Shown here: positions 1-12,854 of the stretch, piece by piece
Layout of the letters: each line of letters begins with the position of its first letter
Position numbering within the stretch: the stretch's first letter is position 1
Source of the DNA: Antedon mediterranea
Taxonomy: Eukaryota; Animalia; Echinodermata
Direction of reading: 5' to 3'
Assembly: GCF_964355755.1 (NCBI RefSeq)
Contig: NC_092673.1
Coordinates: 12,000,948-12,064,947 of the forward strand
Length of the DNA: 64,000 nt
The notes under the pieces: generated by a model
The model's input: the letters and a program-made list of their open reading frames with translations, nothing else
The model's database searches: none
What the model was told of the DNA's origin: nothing
Program-made: the position numbers and the translations under genes

Positions 1-1642
1 ACAAATTTACATGGATTGATTTCTACAACTCATCAGCTTCCATAATACATTTTTAAAAATGGGGGCAACTAGCATTATACTTAGCACACGATTATTAAAG
101 TTTAACGTGCATGTGCGTCATTATTTTGCAACTAAAGTTTATCAAAATAAATGAAATCTACTACAGAAAATATGAAAAATAAAATTCAATTTTATTATTG
201 AAAATTGTTAGAAAATTGATGACTTTTACGCGATATGCGCTCTATTGAATGTGACGAACTGTGTCGAAAGAGATAAAAATCAGATGGCCATATATGATGA
301 CGTCATAACATATTTACAGTCTAAATTCATATTTACAACTCATTACCTTTAAAAAAAAATTTAACATGGATAGATTAACACATTATTTTAATTTAATTTC
401 ATATTTCACATCATTAATTTTTATAGTTTGATTAAAGGCATTTTTATCATTGTTTTATTTTCTTTCATTTTGTTTGTTTTATGTTGACATATTTAAATAA
501 ACTGATTTGCCACTAGAGTGTAGAGTTTTAAGTTTAACAGTTTTAAACCTACTGTGGACATGGTGAAACTGAATAATAAAATGCAGTTTAGTTGTGTCCA
601 GCTGTTACTACAGTACTGTGTAGCTACCTCACAAAAACATATTTTCTTTACACCATCTATCAAATACTGAGAATGCAGCTATTGTGTGCCATTTTCCAGA
701 TGACTTGCTCAGTGGCTGGTGTAAAGCATAATGCTATTACTGTACAACAGAATAATAGATAAGATTTTAAAATGACATTTCTTATTGATCTATTTGCACT
801 TTTATTAATTGGGTTTTAAATCTCTAATTTTGTTATCTGCATTAATGTATTAAATTAATACTCTAGCCAAATGGGTATCGCTTTCCAGACACAACTGATG
901 ATAGCCAGCCTCTTTCTATAGGCCACAGACCCTGTATGCTTGGAGCTTTAGTAAGTTTTGGGTTAGCCAGGCTAAGTTTTGGTAAAGTTCAAAAGGATGA
1001 ACCTATAATACCATGAATGCATTTTCATTGTTGTGATCGACCATAATTTGTTATTGTTCAAAAGTTCCAAAATTAATTTCAAAAACTATGCTCTGTTTGT
1101 TAAATCGACCAACTAAAGTCCCAAAAAAGAGAGGAAAGTAAACGAGTGTCATTTTCATTTTTATGATGTAATTTTATAAATTGGGTCACATATTTTCAAC
1201 AACAGTATACTGCTCCTCAGAATGAAAGGTAACCATCATGTTTCAAAATACAGTCTTCCCAGTATAATTCTGGTCATTTTGCATGGATCAATTATTATAA
1301 TGAATATGAACATGTTGCTCCCAGATTGCAGACAGAGAGAAGATTGTATTACGATTTTGTGGCAAAATTTCTATTTATATTTGACGTGGTCAATTTCTTT
1401 TTTTTTTTCAGATCCAGCATTATAGATTAGTAGGGCTAAATATTTCATAAATGATAAAAACAATCCGTCAGGTTGCAAAAAAATATAAATATCCATTATT
1501 TTGTTTTAAAAAGTTAAATCCGCGTCTGAATAATAGATTTAATAATACTTCTAAAAAAGTGCACCTTGTAAAATTCAGAGATGGAAGACAGCTACTATAC
1601 TGTATCTACTGATATTCACTTTTTATGTCTATTTCGTTTCAG

Positions 1643-1880
1643 AAATCTGTTACATTTAATCAACAGTTAAGTGAAACCTTTGATTATGCTTCGGAGGCAG
1701 CTGCAAATTTGTTTTTTGATGAAATTGAATCAGTTGGCAGTACAGAAAATGAAAATTTAAAGGACAGTTCAGATGTTAAATTAACTGACGAAGTTACTGA
1801 CAACATCAATGAAGATGATGAAATTGAACACAAATCTGTTGACGATGGCCTTAAAAGCAATACATCAATAGGAAATAAAG
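1643..1880 (+). CDS. Penultimate coding exon of a probable taperin/phostensin-like PP1-binding protein (gene begins upstream of this exon, probably outside the window)
   Basis: Acceptor tttcag at 1637-1642, donor AG|gtgact at 1881. Encodes KSVTFNQQLSETFDYASE followed by an acidic stretch. KSVTF fits the RVxF PP1-docking motif, and TFDYASE resembles the TFEYPSE motif of taperin/phostensin as I recall it. The exon ends in phase 1, matching the next exon. Confidence 0.65.
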
Positions 1881-1997
1881 GTGACTTTCTTTTTCTTTGC
1901 TATTTTTTTGTGGTGTCGCATGATTTTATAACATAAGCCTTGTTGAACCATGAGCCCCTTTCACACAGAATTGCAGCCCTATTTTGATAAGCAATCC

Positions 1998-2908
1998 AAT
2001 TCAAATTCAAATTTATTCGCCTCAAGAAACATAAAAAAAAACTGTACATTTAAATAAAAGGGTTTTAACAAATTAAATTAAGTGTCAAAATCATTTTTTA
2101 AATTGCTATATAATAGAAGCAAGTAAAAATGACCTAGATTTGGAATCACTAATAAATATCTGGTGAAATAAATTCACTTACATTTAATAATGTTGGACAA
2201 CTTAGGTAAATTTAAAGAGTGAAGGAGAGCTGTGTTTCTACAGAATTTAGGTAAACCTAACGCTTCTTTTAATTAATTTACCTTGTGTTTTTTCCAAGTC
2301 AAGAATATCCTTCTTGCTTAGATTACACATTGTAGGCCATACTGTACGTTAGAGTTGTTTTTCAGACATGTAGTTTTACATCTGTAGACGAACCATGTTT
2401 ACACATGCCAGTTCCTTGCAATGCATAGAAAGCTCTCTGACATTTACTTATTCTGTTCCTGACGTGAGCATCGCCTAGGTATGTGACGACATCAACACAT
2501 GCCAAGATACTGTTATCTACAGATAAATTTGGGATCTTAAGATTACCACTTAGTTTAATGCCTAGGTATGTGACGACATCAACACATGCCAAGATACTGT
2601 TATCTAGATACCATTTGGGATCTTAAGATTACCACTCATTTTAATGCCTAAGTATGTGACGACATCAAGACATGCCAAGATACTGTTATCTAGATACCAT
2701 GTGGGATCTTAAGATTACCACTCAGTTTAATGCCTAGGTACGTGACAACATCAACACATGCCAAGATACTGTTATCTAGATACCATGTGGGATCTTAAGA
2801 TTACCACTCAGTTTAATGCCTAGGTACGTGACGACATCAACACATGCCAAGATACTGCTATCTAGATACAATGTGGGATCTTAAGATTACCACTCAGTTT
2901 AATGCCTA
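1998..2908 (-). mobile_element. 5'-truncated, decayed non-LTR retrotransposon (LINE) 3' fragment
   Basis: The minus strand encodes an RT thumb-like stretch (VDVVTYLG...HVRNRISKCQRAFYAL) and ends in AATAAA plus a (TTTGAA)-type tail at about 1998-2017. Confidence 0.7.
2473..2908. repeat. Tandem repeat, 5 x 86 bp
   Basis: The unit gcctaggtatgtgacgacatcaacacatgccaagatac... restarts at 2473, 2560, 2646, 2732, 2818 and 2904. Confidence 0.95.
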
Positions 2909-3294
2909 TCCATAACTTATTACGATTGAAACTATATTATGGTTGAAAACGGTATATTACCGAAGATTGTTGGTACTATAAATAAATCGGACAACAATAG
3001 GCCAACATAACATTTACAGTAGGCCTAGGCCTATATACTACATATAGGCATATCGTGTAACCGCCCAACTAGCCTACCAACCACCAATTCATTTTAGTTA
3101 CGCTTTTGGCGGCATTTTTTAATTGAACGACCGTAGCTTGCTGCATTGTTATCCCAATTTTGTTTTTTTTTACTGTTGCCTATTACCGGAAGACGCTCAC
3201 TGCTGAGGGTGAGGAATATCGCTCAGTTCATTGAACCCAGTACGGTACGGTAATAGGAATCTTGACTATTTTAGATAGATAATACAATTTCAAG

Positions 3295-3738
3295 ATGCCT
3301 CTACAAACCAGAGCCCAAATACATGCGACGCCACCACCAAAGTTAACACCCATGACTGACCAATCATCATCACCAACCAACAAACAAAACGAAAACTCAC
3401 CACCCATACTAACAAAAATATGCGCTGAACACCCACCAGCAGATGCAGAAGATACCTTGTCAGATGATGACGAGTTGACCCAGTTTAATAATGACAACAA
3501 CACATCCTTCCATGAGGATTGTAATCTAGCCATAAATAGTCTAGAAAAACTGTTCATAGACATGTTGGCAAATACCGTGAAAGAAAACTGCGAGTTAAAT
3601 GTTAAAATAACCAACGATGAAAACCGCCGTCTCTTAATAGAAAATAACAAACTGAAAAGCGAGATAAAAACCTTAAAAGAGAAAATAAAGTCAAAGACAC
3701 CAAATGACACACCTAGGGTTGAACACAGTCAACATTGA
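3295..3738 (+). mobile_element. Possible LINE ORF1-like N-terminal fragment (147 aa, coiled coil), intronic
   Basis: A/C-rich ORF with a Pro/Thr-rich N-terminus and a heptad-like segment (ENRRLLIENNKLKSEIKTLKEKIK). No diagnostic catalytic motif. Confidence 0.3.
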
Positions 3739-3874
3739 CGTCACCCCATCGTTATCTCCACAAAAATCACACCAGTAGCCACAGCAGAGGTGAAGGTAAT
3801 GGATACACTAAGCTCTTTGTAACTTTTCTCCCGACGCCGACTAGTATCTAGTCCGGTGCTTTCATAGACTACAC

Positions 3875-4152
3875 AAACCAACAGTGGTGTTGGTAGTCTA
3901 TGAGTGCTAGCTTACCTGGATAAATGCCCTCCCACCGTCCTATCAGACAAGAGGTCTTGCGAAATGATGGTGGCAGTTTGTATGGAGGCTTCCATCTGAT
4001 GGCATAGTTAATTACTATGCCATTTGTGGAGAGGGGTGTTCAATGAAAATTTCTACTTTTTGAGGTATATTTCGGTCTTTGAGGAGAAAGGGCTATTGTC
4101 GGTTTATCCAGGTAAGCTAGCACTCATAGACTAACAACACCACTGTTGGTTT
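3875..4152. mobile_element. Small inverted-repeat element (MITE-like), ~50-bp arms
   Basis: 3875-3924 (aaaccaacagtggtgttggtagtctatgagtgctagcttacctggataaa) is the near-perfect reverse complement of 4103-4152. Confidence 0.7.
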
Positions 4153-4666
4153 AAGTGTAATTTATTTATATCCCTAAATTTACAATCGCGTATTCTGTAA
4201 TTTTATTCGGCGCTATTCAATTGTTGTTTGACATTCATCACGGAGATGAAATACATTCACCAATTTGGTTCAACAAATTACACAAGAAACTCAAATCGCG
4301 AAAATAAAAGGTTGCGAAATAGTTAAAAAATGTCAAATCACGAAAAATAGGGCCGCAAACATTTTGGGCTTTACAGTATATATATTTTTTTAATGTCATT
4401 TACATACGATTTTACAGAAAAAGGGGGTAAAAATCTAAGTTAAAAATCGTTAAGATCTTCAATCGTTGAAGTTGAACCAAAGTCAACTTCAACGTTACGA
4501 CCTACCTAACTGACCAATCAAATGGTTAAAAAATTGCATCATCATAGTTTGTTAAAAACTATATTCACGATGACAATTCTTGAATTTTTAGAACGTGATG
4601 ATGATTTTTCACCTTTTTTGTTTTCAAAATAACAAGTGTAAGTAAAACAAACTAAATTATAATATA

Positions 4667-4770
4667 ACAAGGCCATATACATGGCTGCAGTCGCGTGCTC
4701 AAATTAGTGTTTACTGACCGACCGACCGACCGACATAGTGAGCTATAGAGTTGCGTTGCACGCGACTAGA
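4667..4770 (-). mobile_element. Minimal Helentron-associated element (HINE/DINE-like), ~100 bp
   Basis: Subterminal inverted repeats AGTCGCGTG/CACGCGACT, a (GACC)n microsatellite and a terminal hairpin gccatatacatggc. Same ends as the element at 47638-48496. Confidence 0.65.
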
Positions 4771-5727
4771 AACAATTTCATTTAATGTTTTTTTTTAGTG
4801 TACGCCTGAATTAAGATATCAGTGAGGGTTGAAGCCGGCCCGGCTCCGCATGACTTTCATAACACTCAAAAGAATCAAGAAACCATTAACAATTGCATAA
4901 AAATGAGTAAATATTATTGAAAATTTGAGACGAGGCGAGCGCCTCATCTGCCTCTTTTCACTCAAACCATTGTGTTAATATTTATTTATCTATATACTTT
5001 TTTTCTGTTGTAAAATTTAATTTTGAATTGAATTGAATGCTGGCTACTGCCCTGGCATAGACAAAACCATCCCCAATTATTCCATCTTGTAGGGACCAAA
5101 TTGAGAATTTCCTAGTCATCACGCATGACAATAATCATGCTTTATGGTTGTTTTCGACCAATATGTTTTTTTATATTAATTTTATTATTATATAGTACAG
5201 TACATGTCTAACTTTGATAATATTACAGTTTTTGAAAATAACAATTTTTGTCTTGTTTATCAATACTGCAAAAATATCTAAAATTTCTCAACCTTTTATC
5301 ATGCTTTAATGTGTACAGACCCTTTCACACAGATCAGGATTAATACAGTCACAACTGTAATACAGTACTTTCGAGACAGGCTTCTTTTCAAGATGGGCTT
5401 TTTTCAGAATTACTTTTACAATCTAAAAAAGACAGCTTATTTTCTAAATAAATGCTGTAAATTTTGCTTAGCGAATTTCAACTTTTCAAGGTTTTACGGT
5501 ATTTACGGTATAAGTCCTGACGTGGTCTTATGTAAGCCAACATTTTTTTTTGTACGACCTTGCTTTCTAATGCTGATGTCTGATTTTTACTCTGTTTTTT
5601 CTGATAATACCTGTAGTGGAAAAAATAGATTATATTAAATTGTTGTTGACTCAAACTAATGCCATTGCTATAACAAAAATAATGTATGTGTATTACCGCA
5701 ACTTAATAATCATGTATTTTCTTGAAG

Positions 5728-5921
5728 GTCTCCAAGCCTACGTACCAAACTACTTACAAAATGCTTACATGAGTACTATTGAAAGAAGACGTAATCAAGA
5801 TGAGCCTCAAACAATACCAGTTAAAGGAATAATTGAAAATGAACCCATTGAAGCTGAACCTGAATCAACCTCAAACATCTTTTCTGGTTGGTCAAGTGGG
5901 AACTCTGCAATGCTCTTTTAA
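5728..5921 (+). CDS. Terminal coding exon of the same taperin/phostensin-like gene
   Basis: Acceptor ttttcttgaag ending at 5727; the phase-1 join gives G-LQAYVPNYLQ...GWSSGNSAMLF*. GLQAYVP and the terminal AMLF resemble taperin GLSSYTP and ALYF. Followed by long AT-rich, 3'UTR-like sequence. Confidence 0.65.
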
Positions 5922-7501
5922 ACATGTACTTTGCTTGACATCATAGTAAAGGCGTGGTCACACCAGACAATGATGATGTATGATAATAATAATAATAATA
6001 ATGTCAAGTAAAAATTAATTTAGGTGGTCAGATTAACCATACTACTAATGTATCGTAATTGTATCGTATATAATCACTTTTTATGATCATGATTTGGATA
6101 TGGTCAGTTTTATTAGTCATTAGGTATTTAACCATAAACACTTAAAATGTTGAAATGGTCTGAAAAGACCAAAAAGAAAAATTGACACGCAAAGTCAGTT
6201 AGCTGTACAGTGTAACATTTAATAGCTTAGTGTTGCATCCAATTATTATTAGGTCTGATACATTTATAACTTATTGGGTTTCGAGTTAAAAACCCTTGGT
6301 AACATTAGATTGCTTTATTAAACAAAAATTATAAAATTGTAATTTATTATTTATTTTAATGGAACAGTAAGTAAGGTACAATAACTAAAGTAAGCAATTT
6401 TATTAAAATGTCTATAATTATATAGCTTTTTGGTGACAAATAGAGATGCCGTTTTTCTGTAAATCAATTAAAAAAAATGTGTACTTAATGATATTCACAG
6501 TAACAATTAAAAAACTTCTGATTAGATTACAGTACTTCTCAATAATCACCTTTACCATTTATTATGATTATTACCGTAGGATTGACTCCATGGATGTGCT
6601 GGGCAGAGGTAGGTAGGAGTTTAACCAGTTAAATATATTTCAGGTAGTTTATTTCTACTTGTGGTTAATGATATTACAGGGATTCATTGGATTTCCAGTG
6701 AATTAGTGAGGCCTAAAACAATGAGTAGTATCTACATTAACGTTAACATAGACATTTAAATTTCAGAAAGTAGTGTATGTGCCTGTCTTCAATCATTCCT
6801 TGTATAGTTGCAAATGATAGTGCCTTGATTTTTGTCCTAATGTTTTAAATTTGTCATAAAAATGATAATTCACTTGTTAACAGTACATATCAATTTAGAA
6901 TATTTGTTAGCATGTACAGCTACTTTGCTTACTTTGTCTAAGTATATGTATGCAAATAACTAATGTTTTGTAGCAGTATTATATTTTATACTTTAAAAAA
7001 ACATAAAATTAGATTTAATTTATGGAAAAACCCTACTTTGTACATATTTATCTGGTTTAATATACATTATATATACATACCAACTGATTTCCCGATTTAT
7101 GATGAGTGAGGCTTGACGTTTATGCTGACATACTTTTTCAAATTTGGCTTACCAGACACAATTGTTTGCGAATTATGGTAGCTATTGATACAAGATATTT
7201 TTTTTTGTTCTATGAAAACAAAAAACTATTCTGGCATAACAATTTTTACAGATGTTGTTTAAAATACATTCCCTTTTGGCATGTTCTTATTTAAATGCTG
7301 TAAGATGTACTGTATGATCATGGAGGGAAAACTAAATCATTTTCCGCCATGGTAAGCCATCTCACCATTTATCATTTTCAATCAAACTATTTTTTAAATA
7401 GTTGGAATTACAATTAATAAGAATATTGAATAAGAAACTATCCCTGCAATTTTGTTGTCAAAATAAATGGATTACGTGTTACTTTTAAAGACATTAAACC
7501 A

Positions 7502-7934
7502 GGGGCGGATTGCTATAAAACAGTCTTAACTGATGGTCTTAACTCCCCGATTAGAGCCGACTTTATCAGATAGACGGTCTTACTAAAGCCACCCCTGTTA
7601 GACCATTGCTATAAAACAGTCTTAGATAAGACCGCGTAAAGTAACAAATTGAGGGCGTACTTTGCGCGTAGAATACCAAATAAGGTAATGTTCGTCACGC
7701 TTGTTCAATTCACAATCATAACACTACGTACATTTCTACGCAAGAAAATCTATTCTAGGCCTATATGAGAATAAAATCTTAACACTTAAAACTCATTCAA
7801 TTGGTTGTCTTTGATGATAAATAATACGTAAAAGCAACAAAGGTATAGCAATGGTCTATAATAGAGACTACTTTCTACGTCACGAATTATAGCCGGCTAA
7901 GACCGTTTATAGACCGCTTATAGCAATCCGCCCC
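7502..7934. mobile_element. MITE, PIF/Harbinger-like, in the putative 3'UTR region
   Basis: TIR GGGGCGGATTGCTATAA at 7502 and TTATAGCAATCCGCCCC ending at 7934. Flanks cag/ccg are an imperfect 3-bp TSD. Confidence 0.7.
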
Positions 7935-10240
7935 CGGTCATTCTTTGTCTTAAACTACGTTCTATGGTTAATTATGATAAAAATAGAAAAACAATGTACT
8001 ACAGTTCGTATTGTATGTTCATAATGTAGACGCCACAGCAGCCCTGTAGGCTTACATCTTCACTTCATACCCTAGTTTCTTTCTTTATTGACAGAATTTC
8101 AAATCGAGAACTTGATTGATGTTTCTTCCAAATTTGTTTCCCTTCACAATTGGCTCTAAATCACACCAAAAGTGGGTGCATCCCTCTGCGTGCATTGCAT
8201 GCTGGTATTTATTTTGTAATAAAATTTTAAATTAAATTAGATCGAAAAAATGTAGATTAACTAGTTGTTATTCTTGGATTCTTGTGGTGTATACAGTAAT
8301 ACACCCGTTGTATGTAAACCTAATAATTTCACTTTTATTATATATCAAATACTATACATACATTTTAATTCATTTCGGTTTAGTTCATGTATATAAACAA
8401 AGTATTATGGATCTAAGTTTGGATACCGAGAGCGTTTGTTAATTTATCATTGATCAAGAAAGACAAAATATGTATAATCAATCACTACCGATGCAATATA
8501 AATTATGATCATTTGTAAAATAATTAAAAATGAACCTTCCTTTTAAAGAAAATCTATTTACCGTATGTTATGTATATAAATATTACTTGTTGTCCAGAAA
8601 ACTAAAGATCTAGGAAACTAAAACATCTTAGACCCTGTTCATACACCATTACTCCATCAGTGTGAACATAGGCTTATTTGTTTGTAGATATAGAAAATGA
8701 ACTAATCGTTGATTGTTGCTATTTAAAATTCAACTTAAGAACCATTAAGGTGTTTCCTGTATGTAAATTGATTGGGAAGATGTTCTTATTGTTTTAATCT
8801 TAATTGTATAGTCAGATTATTATAATTACGATTTATATTCAGATATGAGTACTGTATTATATATAAATTTTGTTTGAAAGGATCATAAATCACTGATATT
8901 TCAATTGTATAATTAATATTTTCTGTGATATAATTATAAATCTTGATTTGATGAAATTAAATAACAAAAAAAGTAATATATAATTGGGATCTAAAATAAA
9001 GTAATATATTACAGTACTTTTTTTTAAGCACAGAATATTAAGGTGATAGATATTTATGTATTTTATGGTGTAGAAATTTATAAATTAAACCTTGGTAGCT
9101 GTAAAAAAAATTTTGATTTTTTACAATGCACAATTTCAATTAAAGGCCAAATTTTATTGTGGGCCAAATATATGTAGTTATTTATAATATTAATTGATAA
9201 TTAATCCTAAGGAACATTATTTGTACATATACGTGAATAATTTAGACCTAATTGTTGTTGCAATTTTGCTTCAATAGATTTAACAATATTCATAATAAAG
9301 AATTTTTAATTATATTACCAATCCTCCATTTGTATGTTATTAAGTGTGAAGAAAGCGATCAGCTTTCTTATACCAACTGTATGTACAAAGTACATGCTTT
9401 CTTATACCAACTGTATGTACAAAGTACATTCATATCACAGATGACCCACTAACTTTAAAAAAGAAATATAGGGGGATTTTATTAACATTTTTAATGCGTG
9501 CCGAAGAAGAAAAATGCATTGGCAACTATTATGTCTAGTTGTTTTTTATGTGTGTATATTTCCTCCTTATGTTGATTCCTTTCTTGTGCTACTGTTTTTG
9601 TTAAATGTTCAATCGGAAATGCAGTCGTTTACACTTTTACAGTTTGTATTCAAAGAACACATTGTCTTTTAAACATGTTGCCGCCGCGTCAATAGTCATC
9701 AGTCAATCAAGTTGACTGGTAACTGCTTTTTTCTAATACATGCTCTACGTGCATGCTTGCTCCTTTTTGTGCGAATTTGACCATATTTATTCAAATAAAC
9801 GCCCTGGGGTGTTTAAGGGGTTTTTATTTTTTTGGTGTAATATGGTACAGGTGTATAATCCAATAAAACCCTATAGATTTGAAAAATACAACACAATTAA
9901 TATCGAGAAATGATAAAATACAGTAAAACTTGTATCTAAGTTGTAATACAACAAATCTATTCTGTATAAAAATGGCCTATATGCATGTGGCGGAGCATTT
10001 ATTCGAGGAAATAAAGGTTCAGGGGCATTTTATTCGAGGGGTGATTCGAATATGCGATATTCCAAATATTTGGCTCTGAAAAGTTGATGAGACAGTCACA
10101 ATCGCTTTGGCGACAGCTTTGTGTCCCTCGTCCTTGCATGATGAAAGGGGTCATCGTGCAGAGTGATATTGCCGAGATGTTGATGGGGTTGTTAGAAGAG
10201 GGGATGATTGAACTGATGATGGAGATGATAAAGGGTGTGT

Positions 10241-10350
10241 TGGTGATGGAACGGATGATGATCTGATCTTGTAGCTGGTGATGGAACGGATGATGATCTG
10301 ATCTTGTAGCTGGTGATGGAACGGATGATGATCTGATCTTGTAGCTGGTG
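10241..10350. repeat. Tandem repeat, 3 x 35 bp
   Basis: tggtgatggaacggatgatgatctgatcttgtagc at 10241, 10276 and 10311. Confidence 0.95.
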
Positions 10351-11847
10351 CTGGGTGAGGTAAAGGAGCTGAAACTTGATACATGTAGACAGTCTATAAA
10401 AAAAAAATTATTTCTTGGCAATGAAAATGATGTCATTGTAAGTATGAGAATCAACCCATCAATTCCATAATATACGATGCATGAATACATTATTGCTTGT
10501 ATGTACAACAAATTGACTGCAACAACATTACGCATGAGGTGCACATTAGGCCTATCCCTCGTTTCATTACTTTATAAAATCAAAGATCAACTATCTGCAT
10601 AGAATATTATATATATACTTGTCTAGTAAAACCCCATTAAGCTTGAATGTAGGTCAGTGTACTGTAAATCCATTTCTCAATGAGGAAGAAATCATATAAA
10701 TAACCTTCCAAACTGCAAAATGCTTGCTTACAAACAATGTAGGATAACACAAAAATCCTGTTTGTCGCCACCTGCAGTTACAAAATAACAATAATCCACA
10801 GGGAATGATTTGGCATAAAAATCGTCCAACTTAGCCCCCTTCCCGACCTTCGATCATAAACTCACAAACAAGATACGGATGGGAAGTAGGCGCGACTTGG
10901 TAATTCTCTTCATTGCGTGTTTAGAAGAAAATTTATATCTCATCGTAGTTGTACGAAACGGCTTGGTATGCTGTGCGTTGTTATGCAAATGAGATTGTGA
11001 AGGTTTAAGTGGGACCATGGATAAAGATAAAAAAAAAACGAAGACCGAAGACCCATGTTTTGTTTGTTATTTGAATGATAACACACCAGGAGTGTACGAT
11101 AAATATTTGTGCCCAAAATGCAGTATAGAAATGTAGCATCTTATCTTGGTAATAATTTTATAAAGGCTGGGAACCAACATGCACATGGTACCCGACACAG
11201 GACTCCAATGGAATAAACCTGAGTTATTGGTTTTCTTGGACGATCCTGATCGAAATCACATTTTCTCACCCTTTTTATCTCCTTTAAGAATTTTTAATGG
11301 CTTTTAAATATTTTAAATTTTTTTAATCTTTGTTTTTATACGGTTTTAGATGTTTTAAATATATCATTGTTTTATATGTTGTTTTTAATACTGTTTTATT
11401 CATGAACCTTTTTACTTGTTCTATGTGATTTTGATCAAATAAATGAATAAATTATTGAATCATGGGGTGTAATGGCGGTGAATAAAAGGTAGGCCTAACT
11501 GATATGCCGATCAAATAACATGCAACAAAGAATAAAATTGCGAGAGAATTCTGGAGCGCGTGTTATAAAGACTTACTGGGATGACCCCATCGTCCGCCGA
11601 CAATCGTCATCCCTAGAATTAAACTTTAGCTAATAATGCTTAGCCCTAACCTTGATGCCTATGTTGAAAATAATTTAATCAATTTTGATATAGTAATAAT
11701 TGGTGTATAATCATACAATATTCCTGTTTTATTAGGCTATAGGTATTTAACGAACGATTTGTATTGTTGGCTATGTACGTTAAGCCTGGATGTAGTTTCA
11801 TTCGCTTGTATTTTGACTCCAAATTTGATAACTAACTTTATCGTGCG

Positions 11848-12549
11848 AATACCACACCTTAGAATTATGCCTCATAAGAACTATTATAAAAAGGAATCAC
11901 ATAAAAAGTAACAAATAAATCCTTAAATTAATTTTACAGACGTGTTTCTCGCACACTGTTCGCAAATTTCGCATATTCATAGACTAAAACTCAGTGGAAT
12001 GCGTCCATTCCTAATGCATTTATTGGTGAAATACACGTTTAATTTCAATATATTTTGTTAATCTGTCAATAAAATTGCTGCAATATGTTACTGATGATAC
12101 TGTTTTGTTTTCAAAGAATATAATAATCGACCCTAGATCAACATTAGCTACATGGCCTATCCTACTGAGGACATTATGATGAATTTTTCGAACTTAACGA
12201 AACCGTGTACAGTATCGACAGTAACACTTTTTCTTTATTGACAGTCACAAAATATATTGAAATTGAACGTGATTTTCACCAATAAATGCATTAGGAATGG
12301 ACGAATTACACAGAGTTTTTAGCCCTCTATTAATGTTGCTGTTTTGGCTTTTGGTGTACAAAACAAAGACTTTGATTATCTTTCACCCAAATTCAAAATT
12401 GTGTGTGGGTAATAGCAAAATACGAGGCAGGCGAGGTAAGTTGAACAGTATTCGAGAAAAACGTCTGTAAATCATCAATTTAAAGGATTTATTGTTACTT
12501 TTTATGTGATTTTTCTTCATAAAAGTACTAATTCTAAGGTGTGGTATTC
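11848..12549. mobile_element. Old degenerate foldback/MITE
   Basis: 11848-11952 is inversely similar to 12453-12549, and about 12002-12058 is inversely similar to about 12245-12305. Confidence 0.6.
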
Positions 12550-12712
12550 AGGATAAAATTGGTTAACATCAATTTCGGTGATTTCCTGCCTCGCGCACTT
12601 GGGAAATGATAAACTGATGCCTCGCATCGCATTTGTTATTACCCACACACAATTTATTATTTAGACATTTTGGGTGAGAGATAATCAAAGGTCTTCGTTT
12701 TGTACACATCAT

Positions 12713-12854
12713 GGGTGTCTACAAAACGAAGACCCATATTTGTTTTAATGTTATTTGAATGATGATAACACATCAGGTTAACACAATATCACAATTTCGA
12801 ACTTATTCAGACATTGGGTGCGAGATAATCAAGGTCTTCGTTTTGTACACATCC
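12713..12854. mobile_element. ~140-bp MITE with GG(G/A)TGT..ACAAAACGAAGACC termini (possibly ISL2EU/Harbinger-like)
   Basis: gggtgtctacaaaacgaagaccc ... ggtcttcgttttgtacacatcc. Related pieces occur near 11035-11120, 12355-12400, 12670-12710 and 18508-18960. Confidence 0.65.
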
